Shown here piece by piece: positions 20,918 to 32,350 of a stretch of DNA of 64,000 nucleotides. The translations under genes were made by a program, and so were the position numbers. Source of the DNA: Calditrichia bacterium (GTDB lineage: Bacteria > Calditrichota > Calditrichia > JAJRVZ01); NCBI GenBank assembly GCA_963796965.1, contig CAWCNS010000008.1:256001-320000 (forward strand), written 5' to 3'. A model generated the notes under the pieces. The model ran no database searches and had not been told where the DNA came from. It worked only from the letters and a program-made list of their open reading frames with translations. Each line of letters begins with the position of its first letter. The first letter of the stretch is position 1.

Positions 20918-21646
20918 TTATAAAATTGTGTGGATCAATAGAAGGGTTCCCGAAAGAAATGAAAATATTAAAATGGCCGGACGTATAAAGCCACGATCCA
21001 ATATCTTGGCTGTAAATTTTGAAAAATAGAATCCTGTTAAAATACCCGGCAAAAGCAATATGGCAAGATTTACTTCAAATACACCAAATCGGTCAACCAT
21101 GATTAAAAATACGATGGCAATTATGGAACCAACCAGAAAAATGCCAGAAAGAGTTCCGCGTAATTCCGGCCCTGAAAAGTGCTGGTAAATCATCGCCAGC
21201 GGAGGGCCACCTATTGCAGAAGTTGTAGCCATTACGCCTGACAAAGTACCAACACCGAGAAGATTTCGATTTGTTAATTCCAGGTGAAAACCTGATATAC
21301 TAAGCGCAACCCCAATAAGTACCATAATGGCAAAAAGAAGTGTGAGATGTGTCTGAGGTATAATTATAAGGAGTCCAGCGCCTAAAAATGATCCGAAGAA
21401 CCTTCCGACTAGGGCATGCTTAAGTCCCTTAAACTGTATAGAGCTATGTTCACGAAAGGCGAGGAGTAAGGTTAGTAGGACCGCGGCCAGAATTAATGGT
21501 CCGGGTAAATAACGAGGGTCGAAAAAGGCAAGTAAGGGGACAGCAACAAACCCAAGCCCAAATCCAACTGATCCCTGCAAGGTTGCCCCCATCGTTGATA
21601 TCAAAAATATAATAAGGTAATAGGTTCCGTCACCAGGCCAATCCAT
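20918..21646 (-). CDS. Sulfite exporter TauE/SafE family membrane protein
   Basis: GATLQGSVGFGLG, TTSAIGGPP; about 8 TM helices. Confidence 0.88.
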   Translation of the reverse strand: MDWPGDGTYYLIIFLISTMGATLQGSVGFGLGFVAVPLLAFFDPRYLPGPLILAAVLLTLLLAFREHSSIQFKGLKHALVGRFFGSFLGAGLLIIIPQTHLTLLFAIMVLIGVALSISGFHLELTNRNLLGVGTLSGVMATTSAIGGPPLAMIYQHFSGPELRGTLSGIFLVGSIIAIVFLIMVDRFGVFEVNLAILLLPGILTGFYFSKFTAKILDRGFIRPAILIFSFLSGTLLLIHTIL

Positions 21647-22106
21647 TTAAAGCCTTTCTCTCGCTTTATATAATTCTATACATGTGAGGTAGAAAAAATA
21701 GTACTTGGTATGAATTAACCTTTTTCAGATTTCACATTATATCGCTCAATCCGGATTAATTCGTAAATCCAAAATGGAAATTTAAACTTACATAGAATAG
21801 ACTAAAGTTTAAAGAGATTAAATAGATCTCCTTGACAAATGCCGAAAAACAGAATTTCATTTATTTACCTCTCCCCAACCCTCTCTTCCTCATATTGAGA
21901 TATGTGGTATTCTATAGCGAATATCAAAACAAAGAATCTGATTACTTATAAATTCAGAAGAAGTGAAGGGAACTTTGTCGATATAATTAGATTTAATACT
22001 ATCAATAATTGGCGTTATAAAACATTTCAATAAAGTTTTATTTTTTATAGTTACGTAAAATAAGTCCGAAAATAAATAATGTAACCAAAATAAAGGGGGG
22101 TTACAG

Positions 22107-22337
22107 ATGAGATTATCCGAAGGACAGAAACAAACTATCGAGGCGCTTTCCAGGATATTGCCTCTGGAAGTATTGCTCAAGATAAAGGAAGGCAAACTAA
22201 AAGATTTTGAGGATCTTCACCTAAATCTCTTTGATCCGGATACTACGGAGGAGAGGACGGAGATGGATGCTATTCTTGAAAAGGAAATTGCCGAGAGAAA
22301 ACGCAAATTGAACCGCGTTCTACATATTAAATGCTAA
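22107..22337 (+). CDS. Small hypothetical protein
   Basis: 76-aa ORF with G-rich RBS and protein-like composition. Confidence 0.55.
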   Translation: MRLSEGQKQTIEALSRILPLEVLLKIKEGKLKDFEDLHLNLFDPDTTEERTEMDAILEKEIAERKRKLNRVLHIKC

Positions 22338-22498
22338 TCTGATGCTTCTCTTCCCTATTCTCAGACATATAGGGACTCCTCAACATCGAGAGAGTCGATA
22401 CTATTCTGATTTATCTTATTACCACCAAGAGCCTAGTAGGCCCTCCAGGCCTGCCCCGTTTTACGGGGTCTATAGAGATTTGAAAAAAGATAAAAGAT

Positions 22499-22657
22499 TT
22501 ACCACAAAGATCACTAAGCACCGATACAAATATCTACATCATGTAGAAATATCGGCATGAAATCCTCCAAGATTTCAAAGGCACGAAGATCACAAAGTCT
22601 TTATTAAGAAAATTATCTTTGTGTACTTTGTGCCTTCTTTGAGAACTTTGTGGTTAA
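22499..22657. repeat. cacaaag-unit palindrome with a nested hairpin insertion of about 57 bp
   Basis: accacaaagatcactaag-[ccgata..tatcgg + tgaaatc..gatttca]-aaggcacgaagatcacaaag ... ctttgtgtactttgtgccttctttgagaactttgtggtt. Confidence 0.7.
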
Positions 22658-22682
22658 ATATTATATCCACTGTAAAATTCAT

Positions 22683-23600
22683 TTATTTTTCTGCAACTTC
22701 TGCATGCCAATCATAGGTCATATATTCCCATGAAAAATTGTCATTATCGACATTGACGACAACAAATCCTTCCGGGAATCCATCTCTGAGACCCTTCCAC
22801 CATGCTGCCGACACCGCTCCACCCGTGATATAGGTTGTATTTCCATATTGAATTTCTTCGACCACATGAAGATGTCCCTGTAAAACTAGTTTTACGTTAT
22901 GATTTTCTAATACTTTCATTACATCTAAAGCATTGGTAACAACACTGCCCTGCCCGTTAGCAAAATTAGGGCCATTTTTCATTTGACCATATATGGAGAA
23001 TAAGGGAATATGAGTGGATAATACAATCGGTGTTTTCTGATCAATCCTTGCTATATCATTTTTTAGCCAATCAAGTTGCACAGAATCAATATGTCCAAAA
23101 TAGCGTCTCTCCGGGGTAAAACCAATCCCATCTAATATGATAAAATGCCAACCTTTATTATCAAACGATTGGTAGGTAGTTCCCTTACCCAATCTTTTAC
23201 GAAACATTTGCCTTCCATATTCAGGATGTTCGGGGGCGATACCGCTTTCTTCATAAAGACCAAATACTTCATGGTTACCCATGGTGTTATATACCGGCAT
23301 AATAAATTGTCCCATCATATTTTCATATAAATCATATAGGGAGTCCGCACGTCCTTCAGTTTGGGCCAAAGCATCCATAATCAGATCACCACCGGTTATG
23401 ACAAAATCAGGCTTCAATTGATTCACTTTATTAATTGCTGCAGCGAACCCCTCTTGTGCTTTTCCTTCCGGCTGTACGTGAATATCTGTCATGAAGACGA
23501 AATTGAATGTATCAGAACTGTCTTTGCATGAATTAAAAAAGATAACAATAAGCAAGATTGATAGATATACCGGATAAAGTTGTTTCATTCTTTTCAACAT
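22683..23600 (-). CDS. Calcineurin-like metallophosphoesterase lipoprotein
   Basis: Lipobox NSC; DIH, GGD, GNHE, THIP, GHLH. Confidence 0.92.
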   Translation of the reverse strand: MLKRMKQLYPVYLSILLIVIFFNSCKDSSDTFNFVFMTDIHVQPEGKAQEGFAAAINKVNQLKPDFVITGGDLIMDALAQTEGRADSLYDLYENMMGQFIMPVYNTMGNHEVFGLYEESGIAPEHPEYGRQMFRKRLGKGTTYQSFDNKGWHFIILDGIGFTPERRYFGHIDSVQLDWLKNDIARIDQKTPIVLSTHIPLFSIYGQMKNGPNFANGQGSVVTNALDVMKVLENHNVKLVLQGHLHVVEEIQYGNTTYITGGAVSAAWWKGLRDGFPEGFVVVNVDNDNFSWEYMTYDWHAEVAEK

Positions 23601-23793
23601 ATTAATATTCCTTCATTTTTTTGGGGTGCAAGTATTAGGTAAGTGTGTTCAAATATACCACTCATTTTTTTTATCAACAATAGTATAATTGAACAATCCG
23701 GCTTTTCAAATCGATTTATAATTATTGATATTCTGGTTTATAAAGTCTTAAGTTTATTCCAATATTAAAAATAATTAATAAGACGGGTACGGT

Positions 23794-26134
23794 ATGATAA
23801 ATAGTACAGCTCAGGCTCCACGTTTTACAGAAACCGAAGTAAAAGAGTATATAGATAGATCCTATGGATTAAAAAGTTCAGTAACTCACCTTGTTAGTGA
23901 TATTGGACAAAATTTTAAAGTTCAGGATAGGGTTGGGCAAATCTATATTTTTAAAATTGCCAATCCATCAGAATCGAAGGAGATCCTTACAGCCCAAAAT
24001 GAAGTGCTTATATTTCTTGCAGACCGAAATATTGAAGGTATCTTTCCAAAGGTGATCCAAACTAAAAACAACAAATTGACAGATATGATACATACCAGGG
24101 AGGGAATTGCTTTTAATTGCCGTCTTCTGTCTTATATTGAAGGTACTTTTTTGGCAGATTACACCGATCCAAGCCCGGCCCTTTTGCAAGATATAGGAGC
24201 AATGCTTGGCAGGATGGACCAATCACTAAAAAATTTCTCAAATCCGGCTATTCATCGTTATTGGCATTGGGATATAAAAAACATCTTAGATCTCAGACCT
24301 CTTACAAGTCACATAACAGATCCTCGTATAAGGAGATTAGTAGAATATTTTATATTGCAATTTGAGACCATTGTCGTACCTGAATTGGCTAGCCTCCCTC
24401 AAAGTCTCATTCATAATGATGCCAATGATCATAATTTACTCATATCAAGCAATCCTGTATCTTGTGCACTTATTGACTTTGGAGACATGGTTTATACCTG
24501 TACCATATTTGAATTAGCAATTGCACTAAACTATATCATGCTCAAAAAAAATGAGCCTCTCCTTTCAGTCTATTTCAACCATCAAAGGCTATGCAAAAGT
24601 ATCTCCCCTGACCCAGAAAGAGATTTCTATCCTTTATTATTGTACTGCTGCAAGGAGTTGTCAGAGTCTGATCATGGCGGCCTATCAAAGAAAGTTGCAA
24701 CCTGGCAACGACTATCTATCTGTTTCAGAAGAGGATACGCAGCGGTTATTAGTTCAACTTATAGAAATCAATCCGGAGAAAGCTGAAGAAGTTTTTAGGG
24801 ACGCCGCGTCGATACCGCCTCTTAAAAAATCAGACATGAATCGAGAAAATATCCTTAAAGAACGCGCCAACCGAATTGGTAAGTCCTTGAGTATTTCATA
24901 CAGGCAACCACTCAAGATCATACGCGGTGCGATGCAATATCTCTATGAGAAAAACGGCAAGACCTATATAGATTGTGTCAATAATGTCTGTCATGTGGGG
25001 CATTGCCATCCACGAGTGATTCGAGCTGCCCAGAAACAAATGGCCATACTCAATACGAACACACGGTATCTTCATGACAATATTATTGAATACGCTAGGC
25101 GTCTGACGGAGACTTTACCCGACCCTCTTAATGTTTGCTATTTTGTCAATTCCGGGAGTGAGGCAAATGAATTAGCTCTGCGTCTCGCATTTAACTACAC
25201 CAATAGCAAAGAAATAATAGTTTTAGACCATGCCTATCATGGAAACACATCCCTCCTGATCGATATCAGTCCATATAAGTATCAGGGTAAGGGTGGCCGC
25301 GGGCCGGGATTACATACACATAAGGCAATGTTACCCGACCTGTTCCGTGGCCCCATTAAACAGGGGGACGTAAATGCCGGTAGAAAATATGCTCGTTTCG
25401 TTGAGAACCTTATTCAAAATTTGCACTCAGAAAATAAGTTACCTGCCGTGTTTATGTGTGAATCTCTTCCCGGATGCGGTGGTCAGATTCTCTTGCCTGA
25501 TGGATATTTGGACGATGTTTACCGGATGATTCGGACTGCAGGGGGCGTCTGTATCGCGGACGAAGTTCAGGTGGGATTCGGTCGTGTTGGTCAAGATTTC
25601 TGGGGCTTTGAGATTCAGAATGTGGTCCCGGATATTGTAACCATGGGCAAACCAATCGGTAACGGCCATCCCCTCGGCGCAGTTGTAACCACGACCAAAA
25701 TCGCCGATGCCTTTAACAATGGCATGGAATATTTTAATACGTTCGGAGGTAACCCTGTTTCCTCAGCCGTAGGTATGGCTGTCCTTAATGTAATAAGAGA
25801 TGAGGGCCTTCAGAATCTGGCGGACCAAACGGGGACCTATTTAATGCATGGTCTTAATGAATTGAAGAAAGATCATGAAATAATTGGCGATGTTCGTGGG
25901 TCGGGTTTATTTATTGGTATCGAATTGGTAAAAGATAGGGTATCTTTAGATCCTGCCACAGCTGAAGCCAATGATATTGTAAATAAAATGAAAGATAATG
26001 GAATTCTCCTCAGTACAGATGGCCCCTTCGACAATGTGATTAAAATAAAACCACCCCTTGTACTTAACAATGAAAACGTGGATAGGATAATATCAACCCT
26101 CTCAGATGTTTTAGAGAAAAATACACTTAAATAA
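23794..26134 (+). CDS. Fused hydroxylysine-kinase-like phosphotransferase and class III PLP aminotransferase/phospho-lyase; single frameshift near 24570
   Basis: IHNDANDHN and IDFGD kinase motifs; [38 protein letters not shown]. Confidence 0.88.
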
Positions 26135-26151
26135 TGTGAATACTATTCCTT

Positions 26152-27578
26152 TCACATATTCCGTTCTTCAATCTCCGGAAAAGGAAATGCCTCCGATTCA
26201 TTCCTGGATGTTTTCATGATTTCCTTAATTTGCTTGACTATATCAGGATTTTCACTGGCAACATTATTTGTCTCTCCCAAATCCATCTTTAAATTATATA
26301 GCTGAATTGTAGGGTCGCTGTCCTTCTTTTTCAATCCGGTTCGAATACCTTTCCAGTCTGCCAGGCGAACAGCTTGTTGACCACCATAAGCGGGAAATTC
26401 AAAATAAAGAAAATCATGTAGGTTCTTGTCAGGCTCATTAAGAAGCGTAGGTTTCAGGCTAATTCCATCTAAATTAGCCGGAATCATATCAGTACTGCCG
26501 GCAACATCCAGCAGAGTTGGTAATATATCTTGAAATGCGCCAATCTGCTCTGAGACAGTACCTGGTTTTATTTTTCCAGGCCATCGGACAATCATCGGGA
26601 TACGTATCCCCCCCTCATAGAGATAACCTTTGTGACTTCTTAGATTACCATTTCCCTGAAAAAATTCCCGGTAATAACCGCCCAAATAGGTGGCACCATT
26701 ATCACTGGTAAAAATCACAAGAGTATTTTTATCAAGATTTAACTCTTTCAGCAGATCAAGCATCCGCCCCAGGGTCCGATCCATACGCGTAACCATCGCC
26801 GCATACGCAGCCCGGGGATGGTCATGGGGTAAATACCCGTTTTTACCATCATAGGATGGATCATCCCATTTCCCAATATATTCATTTACGGATTCATCGG
26901 GTACTTGTAATGCCAAATGTGGGACAGGTGTGGGATAGTAAAGAAAAAAGGGACGATTTTCATTGAATTTAATAAATTTTAGGGCCTCTTCCTCCATTAA
27001 ATCGGCGGCATAGTGTTTCCCGACCAGTCCACGATCATTACCTTCCAGGATAACCTTTTTATTATTCTTCCATAAGTATCTGGGATAGTAGTTATGGGCA
27101 TGACGTTGACAGATATAACCATAAAACATGTCAAATCCCTGATTCAGAGGGTCTCCGGTTGATCCGGGTGCCCCCAACCCCCATTTACCAACTACTGCTG
27201 TCGTATAACCCTCTGATTTCAATAATTCTGCAACTGTAATTTCGTCTTTTGGAATAGCTAACTGCCCTTCCGGTTGAACCGCGTAATTATCACGGATGTA
27301 TGAATGACCACTGTGCTTACCGGTTAATAAAACACATCGGGAAGGGGCACAAACAGGACTGCCAGAATAAAATTGTGTGAATTTCATGCCATCCGCTGCC
27401 AATTGATCGATATGTGGTGTTCTTATTTTAGATTGGCCATAACAACCAACCTCACCATAACCAAGGTCGTCCGCCATAAATAAAATGATATTAGGTTTGT
27501 CTTGTCCTTGCGCAACACAGCCAATAGAAACAACTCCAAACAAAAACATTAAACTAGTTTCCTAAAGTATTTCATCAT
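26152..27578 (-). CDS. Arylsulfatase (formylglycine-dependent); frameshift in the signal region
   Basis: PNIILFMADDLG, CAPSRCVLLTG, GKWG, SDNG, KGYLYEGGIRIP; RBS and ATG at 27578. Confidence 0.93.
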
Positions 27579-27778
27579 ATACTCCAGAATATTTGAACTT
27601 AGAGGGACTTAATTAATAACTGAACTTTATGGGTAGATTTGGTCCATTACCAAATAACAACAGGTGGTTGATTGAATAAGTAAAATAATTTTTCTTCTAC
27701 AAAATTTATCTCATTCGTTCACTACATCGTTGAACCGCTGCACGACAACAAATATTTAATTGGGTATGTACTGCCCTA

Positions 27779-28384
27779 TTATTTTTTTGATATGATTAAG
27801 TAGATCGTTTTGTCTTCTTCATAGTTTAGAACAGAAAACTTTGCTTCTGTCAATTGAGAAGATAAATCCCTTGCGGCCGGAAGATTGTCATTTTTTACGG
27901 CATCCCCCACCTGAGAATGCAATTTATTTAACTTGAAATGACACATTAAATGCAATATCATCAATTGGCCTCCAGGTCTCAGCACGCGATAAAACTCTTC
28001 AATAACCCGGGGTTTATCTACAAAATGAGCAAAGGCTGCAAAACAAACAATACTTCCAAAATGATCTTTCTTAAAAGGCAATTCATGAGAATCGGTTTGG
28101 ATATAATCTATCAGTTGATATGGTTCATTACGCGATCTATTTTGATAGAGCATTTCCCATGAGTAATCTGCTTCAATTATCTGAAAATTATCTGTCTTTT
28201 TTTTATATAGTTCAGGGAGGAGTACACCAGTACCACTACCAATATCCAATAATGGCGTCTGAAGGGGAGGAATTTTATTTTTAAATATGGAATTTAATCG
28301 ATTTATTGTTTCTTCATCAATTTTATGATGCCAGTTATTGGCCTGTTTATCAAAAAATAATTTTTGATCACTTTGGGTGTGCAT
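27779..28384 (-). CDS. Class I SAM-dependent methyltransferase
   Basis: FFDKQANNW, LDIGSGTG, LPF, RVLRPGG. Confidence 0.9.
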   Translation of the reverse strand: MHTQSDQKLFFDKQANNWHHKIDEETINRLNSIFKNKIPPLQTPLLDIGSGTGVLLPELYKKKTDNFQIIEADYSWEMLYQNRSRNEPYQLIDYIQTDSHELPFKKDHFGSIVCFAAFAHFVDKPRVIEEFYRVLRPGGQLMILHLMCHFKLNKLHSQVGDAVKNDNLPAARDLSSQLTEAKFSVLNYEEDKTIYLIISKK

Positions 28385-28389
28385 TAGAT

Positions 28390-28920
28390 TTATATTTCCT
28401 CCCGGGGATGCCAATGTGGGTATTTTTTTTCGATCATTCTGACGACATACGGTATAATTAACACTAGTAATATTATTCCTGGAGTTCCTACCACAAGTAA
28501 ACCAATTGTGAATATTGGATGGCTAATCCCCAGCATGGGGGCTACGATGGAGATCATACCCAAAAGGATCAATCGATCTGCAAGAATCCCTATCAAGAGG
28601 ATAATAACCACAGATAAATTTGAATACTGCCTAAACAGACTGATAACAACACCTGCAATGATTAATTCTATAGTCAACATTGGTAAAATTGGCGGTGCAA
28701 TCGGGGGCATACTGGTTAACAACCACGAAACCCCCGGACATGCGATTCCCATCATTATCACATATTGCCAGGATAAAAACATACTTCCTAACATTAGAGG
28801 CAAAAACATCGGTAAAAACCCCGATCCAAGCCCGAGCAGATGAAAAAACTGGGGGAATATGATACCCAGTGCCGTAAATAAGGCAGCAAGCGGAATTTGT
28901 CTTAATTCTTTATCGTCCAC
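28390..28920 (-). CDS. ECF transporter substrate-specific (S) component
   Basis: AALFTALGIIFPQFFH..FLPMF, SMPP, ~6 TM, PGII motif. Confidence 0.85.
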   Translation of the reverse strand: MDDKELRQIPLAALFTALGIIFPQFFHLLGLGSGFLPMFLPLMLGSMFLSWQYVIMMGIACPGVSWLLTSMPPIAPPILPMLTIELIIAGVVISLFRQYSNLSVVIILLIGILADRLILLGMISIVAPMLGISHPIFTIGLLVVGTPGIILLVLIIPYVVRMIEKKYPHWHPREEI

Positions 28921-28928
28921 AGATACCT

Positions 28929-30779
28929 CTATATACTATATTCAAAACCGGCAAGAAAATAAAATCCGGGTGCTGTAAAGTTTGGTTGGACGTAATATGT
29001 TCTATCCAGAATATTATACAATCTTAAGTTTAACAACCAGGAAGTGAAATTATAAGAGAAGGAGAGATTTAATAAGTTATAGTCCGGCAAACGGGCTTCA
29101 CTATTATTGAGTGCATATAGTTGATCGATATACTTTCCATGGAGCGTTGATCTAAAATGGCCGTTAACAAACGAGAACCAGTATTTAATTTGATGTTTTG
29201 GGTTATAGGCGGTTAATTCATCCGGATCGATGTCACTATATGACAATTGTGTGTCAAATCCCTTAAATACATTAAAATTCACCTGCGCTTCGACACCTGT
29301 TTGTCTGGCTTCTCCACCGTTTGCATATTTAAATGCAGGAGGTGGTGGAGAATAAGGAAGTAACTGAATCATATTTTCAACATAATTGTTAAATACGGTA
29401 AATCTTATCGTATTATGATTCGACCAATAATATAGGACACCCCCATCAATGCTTCTTATAAACTCCTCTTTCAAATCAGAACTTGATGATGGAAAGAGGT
29501 AGAGCTCATTTACGGTTGGGAACCTGAACCCCGTCTGATAATTTGAATAAAGTTGAAGACCTGGTATAATACTATAGGTTATTCCAGCAACAGGTGAAAT
29601 GTTTTCCAGAGGTAACGAATTATATTGATAACGAAAGCCAAGTTTAAGATTGAGATTATGGAGAGGATTATACATCATTAAGCCATATAATCCAGCGGTA
29701 CGTATATCATGCTTTTCATTATTTACTACGCCCGGCGGCACAAGTAAATTCTCTGCATTTCCTCCGTATGACATAAATTCTCCCCCTATAGCGATATTAA
29801 TCCTGGAGGAGAGACGCAATTGCTGATAACTGGAGAGGCCATAAGTAAAATCACGGCTATCAAAGCCATCATAAAACTGGTGTCTTCCCCAATTCCCAAA
29901 AACCTGGGTTGAGCCAGAAATATTTTCACCTTTATTTTCAACGATGATTTCTCCAGTCCCCCGGTTAATTTTGCCATATTTTCCTAAATTTGCAGGATCT
30001 CCATCCCGTGTAGGCTCATCAAACTGGAAAGGGATATAACGGCCCTGAATTCCTACATGCCAGATATCATTGATCTGATACTCCCATCCACCTTGTAACC
30101 GATACGATTCAAAGGAACTCTGTGGGATATCTCCATCTGTATGATCATGACGAGCAGTTACGAAAAAACCATGCTGATCAAACTCTTTTGCAACCGTTAC
30201 ACCAAGACTATAGGTATTATAATTACCCGCTTCCGCTGAGACCCTGACCAGGTGTTTGTAGTTCGGACCAGTTTTAATATTAATCGTGCCGCCCATTGCC
30301 TGACTTCCAAACACGGAGGAAGTCGGGCCGGCCAGAATCTCAACCTGTTGAACATCGTCAAAACCATAAACATCTGGAATAGGATGGCCAAACAAGCCTG
30401 TAAAATCGGGATGACCATTGAGCAAGACAAGCATTCCGGTATTTGGTTTCCCGCCTTGTCCTCTTATATTGACTGCTCCGGCCGCTTCTCGCCCAACCCC
30501 ATACCCCATTATTTTATTATCGATCGTATAAGCTGATGGGAAGGCAATATCTATCAACTCTATACTTGAATGTTTGCTGATGGCCCGAACTTCCTTTTCT
30601 GGAATTACCTGATAGGTATAGGTTAAATCCTTAAGAGACAACTTAAACCGATCAGCGACAACCACAATCGTATCCTGAAGATCGTAAACTTCAAGATTTT
30701 CTTCGACTTCCTGCGCATATAATGGGGCCAAAAACACTATGGCAAGAAATCCAATACAAATTATATAATTAAAACGCAT
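28929..30779 (-). CDS. TonB-dependent outer membrane receptor
   Basis: Signal peptide, TonB box DTIVVVA, plug motifs NIRG/VLLNG/VEILAGP..FGSQAMGGTINI, NILDRTY, aromatic C-terminus. Confidence 0.93.
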   Translation of the reverse strand: MRFNYIICIGFLAIVFLAPLYAQEVEENLEVYDLQDTIVVVADRFKLSLKDLTYTYQVIPEKEVRAISKHSSIELIDIAFPSAYTIDNKIMGYGVGREAAGAVNIRGQGGKPNTGMLVLLNGHPDFTGLFGHPIPDVYGFDDVQQVEILAGPTSSVFGSQAMGGTINIKTGPNYKHLVRVSAEAGNYNTYSLGVTVAKEFDQHGFFVTARHDHTDGDIPQSSFESYRLQGGWEYQINDIWHVGIQGRYIPFQFDEPTRDGDPANLGKYGKINRGTGEIIVENKGENISGSTQVFGNWGRHQFYDGFDSRDFTYGLSSYQQLRLSSRINIAIGGEFMSYGGNAENLLVPPGVVNNEKHDIRTAGLYGLMMYNPLHNLNLKLGFRYQYNSLPLENISPVAGITYSIIPGLQLYSNYQTGFRFPTVNELYLFPSSSSDLKEEFIRSIDGGVLYYWSNHNTIRFTVFNNYVENMIQLLPYSPPPPAFKYANGGEARQTGVEAQVNFNVFKGFDTQLSYSDIDPDELTAYNPKHQIKYWFSFVNGHFRSTLHGKYIDQLYALNNSEARLPDYNLLNLSFSYNFTSWLLNLRLYNILDRTYYVQPNFTAPGFYFLAGFEYSI

Positions 30780-30826
30780 CTATATGTTTCCTTTTTTTAC
30801 ATTTCATATGAATATCCGAGTAACAA

Positions 30827-31585
30827 TTAAATCCGCATTGGAAATCCCTGCAAACCAAGAGGTAATTCCAGGTGATTTTTTTCCAGCAACTCCTTATTGT
30901 TGAGAAGATCCATTGTAGAACCCTCGGATTTTATCTGTCCATCTTTGATAATCATAATACGTTGCACCGTTTCCGCAAGCATATCAAGATCATGGGTAGC
31001 AATTAAAACAGTTCGGTTAGATCCTTTAATCCAATCGATTATTCTGCGGCGATGATAGGGATCCAGGTTACTAGTCGGTTCATCCATGGCTATTACTTCA
31101 GGATTTGAGGAAAGGATTGTAGCAATGCTTACTAACTTTTTCTCGCCATAGCTCATTTGTAAAGAAGACCGGTTTTCGTATCCTAATAATCCAACTTCAG
31201 ATAAAGAGGTTTTAACTCTTACAGGTATTTCCTCCTTTGAAAAACCAAAATTCATTGGTCCAAAAGCCACATCCTCAAACACGGAAGGGGAAAATAGTTG
31301 ATCATCAGGGTTCTGGAACACAATCCCAATTTTTGACCGAATAGATTTAATTGTTTTTTTACCAAGGATATCTCCACAAATTTCGATAGTACCTTCCGGC
31401 AATAACACACCATTCAATAGCATAAGAAGGGTGGACTTACCAGCACCATTGGGTCCTATAAATGCCACTTTTTCACCTTGTGATACACAAAAGCTTATAT
31501 TATCAATCGCTTTCGTATGATCAGTATAAGTGTAAGATACATTCGTTAGTTTAACCGCCGTATCGTTATTATTCATTTGCTCCAT
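30827..31585 (-). CDS. cbiO: ECF transporter ATPase (CbiO/NikO)
   Basis: GPNGAGKST, FQNPDDQLF, DVAFGP, MSYGEKK, MDEPT, ATHD. Confidence 0.92.
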   Translation of the reverse strand: MEQMNNNDTAVKLTNVSYTYTDHTKAIDNISFCVSQGEKVAFIGPNGAGKSTLLMLLNGVLLPEGTIEICGDILGKKTIKSIRSKIGIVFQNPDDQLFSPSVFEDVAFGPMNFGFSKEEIPVRVKTSLSEVGLLGYENRSSLQMSYGEKKLVSIATILSSNPEVIAMDEPTSNLDPYHRRRIIDWIKGSNRTVLIATHDLDMLAETVQRIMIIKDGQIKSEGSTMDLLNNKELLEKNHLELPLGLQGFPMRI

Positions 31586-31592
31586 GTGACAA

Positions 31593-32345
31593 TTAAATAT
31601 AAAGAAAGATTAATGTTAAAAAACTGCCCCCAGTCATCAAGATCCATGAATCATTTATTGTCCAATCAAGAGTGTGAGCACAGTATACTTTTCCCTGGAA
31701 TCCCCTGCTGACTAAAACTTTAAACAAGTGCTCATTTCGATCAAATATGCGCATAAAATAAATCGAGATAAGATTCGAATAGACAGACAATCTTTTTAAA
31801 AGGGGTAATTTTATATAGCGCGATTTGAAAGCAAGATAAATTCGATCCAGTTCATGGGAAAGAAGAAATATAAACCGAAATATAAAGAACAATATGGCAA
31901 TGGCTCTGTCCGGAACATGCATTTTTTGCAGACTCATTAGAAGCAATGAATGGGGTGTTGACACAACAAAGATTAGACCGGCCATTAGAATTGCGACAGA
32001 TTTCAACTGAAACACAAAAAGCTTTGTCCAGTCTATATTTCCAATACGCAAGACCTCTATTGAATATAAATTCTCCCCACCAATTTGAGATATCAATTGA
32101 AACAGTGAAACAATTATAATTATAGGGTAAATCTTTAAAATGTTTTTAATGATGGGTATCACCGGGAGTCTGGAGCCCACTACCAGGGAACAAATAAGGA
32201 CTGAAAGCACGATAATCTGGTATATATTTTTCGAAATTAGCATGACAGTAATAAATAAAATCATCAGAATTAACTTAACACGCGGATCTGTTTTGACGAT
32301 TAGCTTGTCTTGATATTTCGAGATTGAAAGGATGAGATCAAACAT
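31593..32345 (-). CDS. cbiQ: ECF transporter transmembrane T component (CbiQ/NikQ)
   Basis: DPRVKL, FRFIFLL, KSR and SRGF coupling motifs. Confidence 0.88.
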   Translation of the reverse strand: MFDLILSISKYQDKLIVKTDPRVKLILMILFITVMLISKNIYQIIVLSVLICSLVVGSRLPVIPIIKNILKIYPIIIIVSLFQLISQIGGENLYSIEVLRIGNIDWTKLFVFQLKSVAILMAGLIFVVSTPHSLLLMSLQKMHVPDRAIAILFFIFRFIFLLSHELDRIYLAFKSRYIKLPLLKRLSVYSNLISIYFMRIFDRNEHLFKVLVSRGFQGKVYCAHTLDWTINDSWILMTGGSFLTLIFLYI

Positions 32346-32350
32346 GGGGC

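Noticed and set aside
22036..22095. Possible operator (gttac..gtaac inverted repeat) upstream of the small ORF
   Set aside because: Low-complexity AT-rich context; the match could be chance.
22342..22560. 72-aa ORF
   Set aside because: It overlaps repeat elements, has no RBS, and its composition is not protein-like.
24540..24580. Programmed ribosomal frameshift at the A8 run
   Set aside because: The homology break seems to lie ~20 nt downstream of the run, and indels are pervasive, so an assembly error is simpler.
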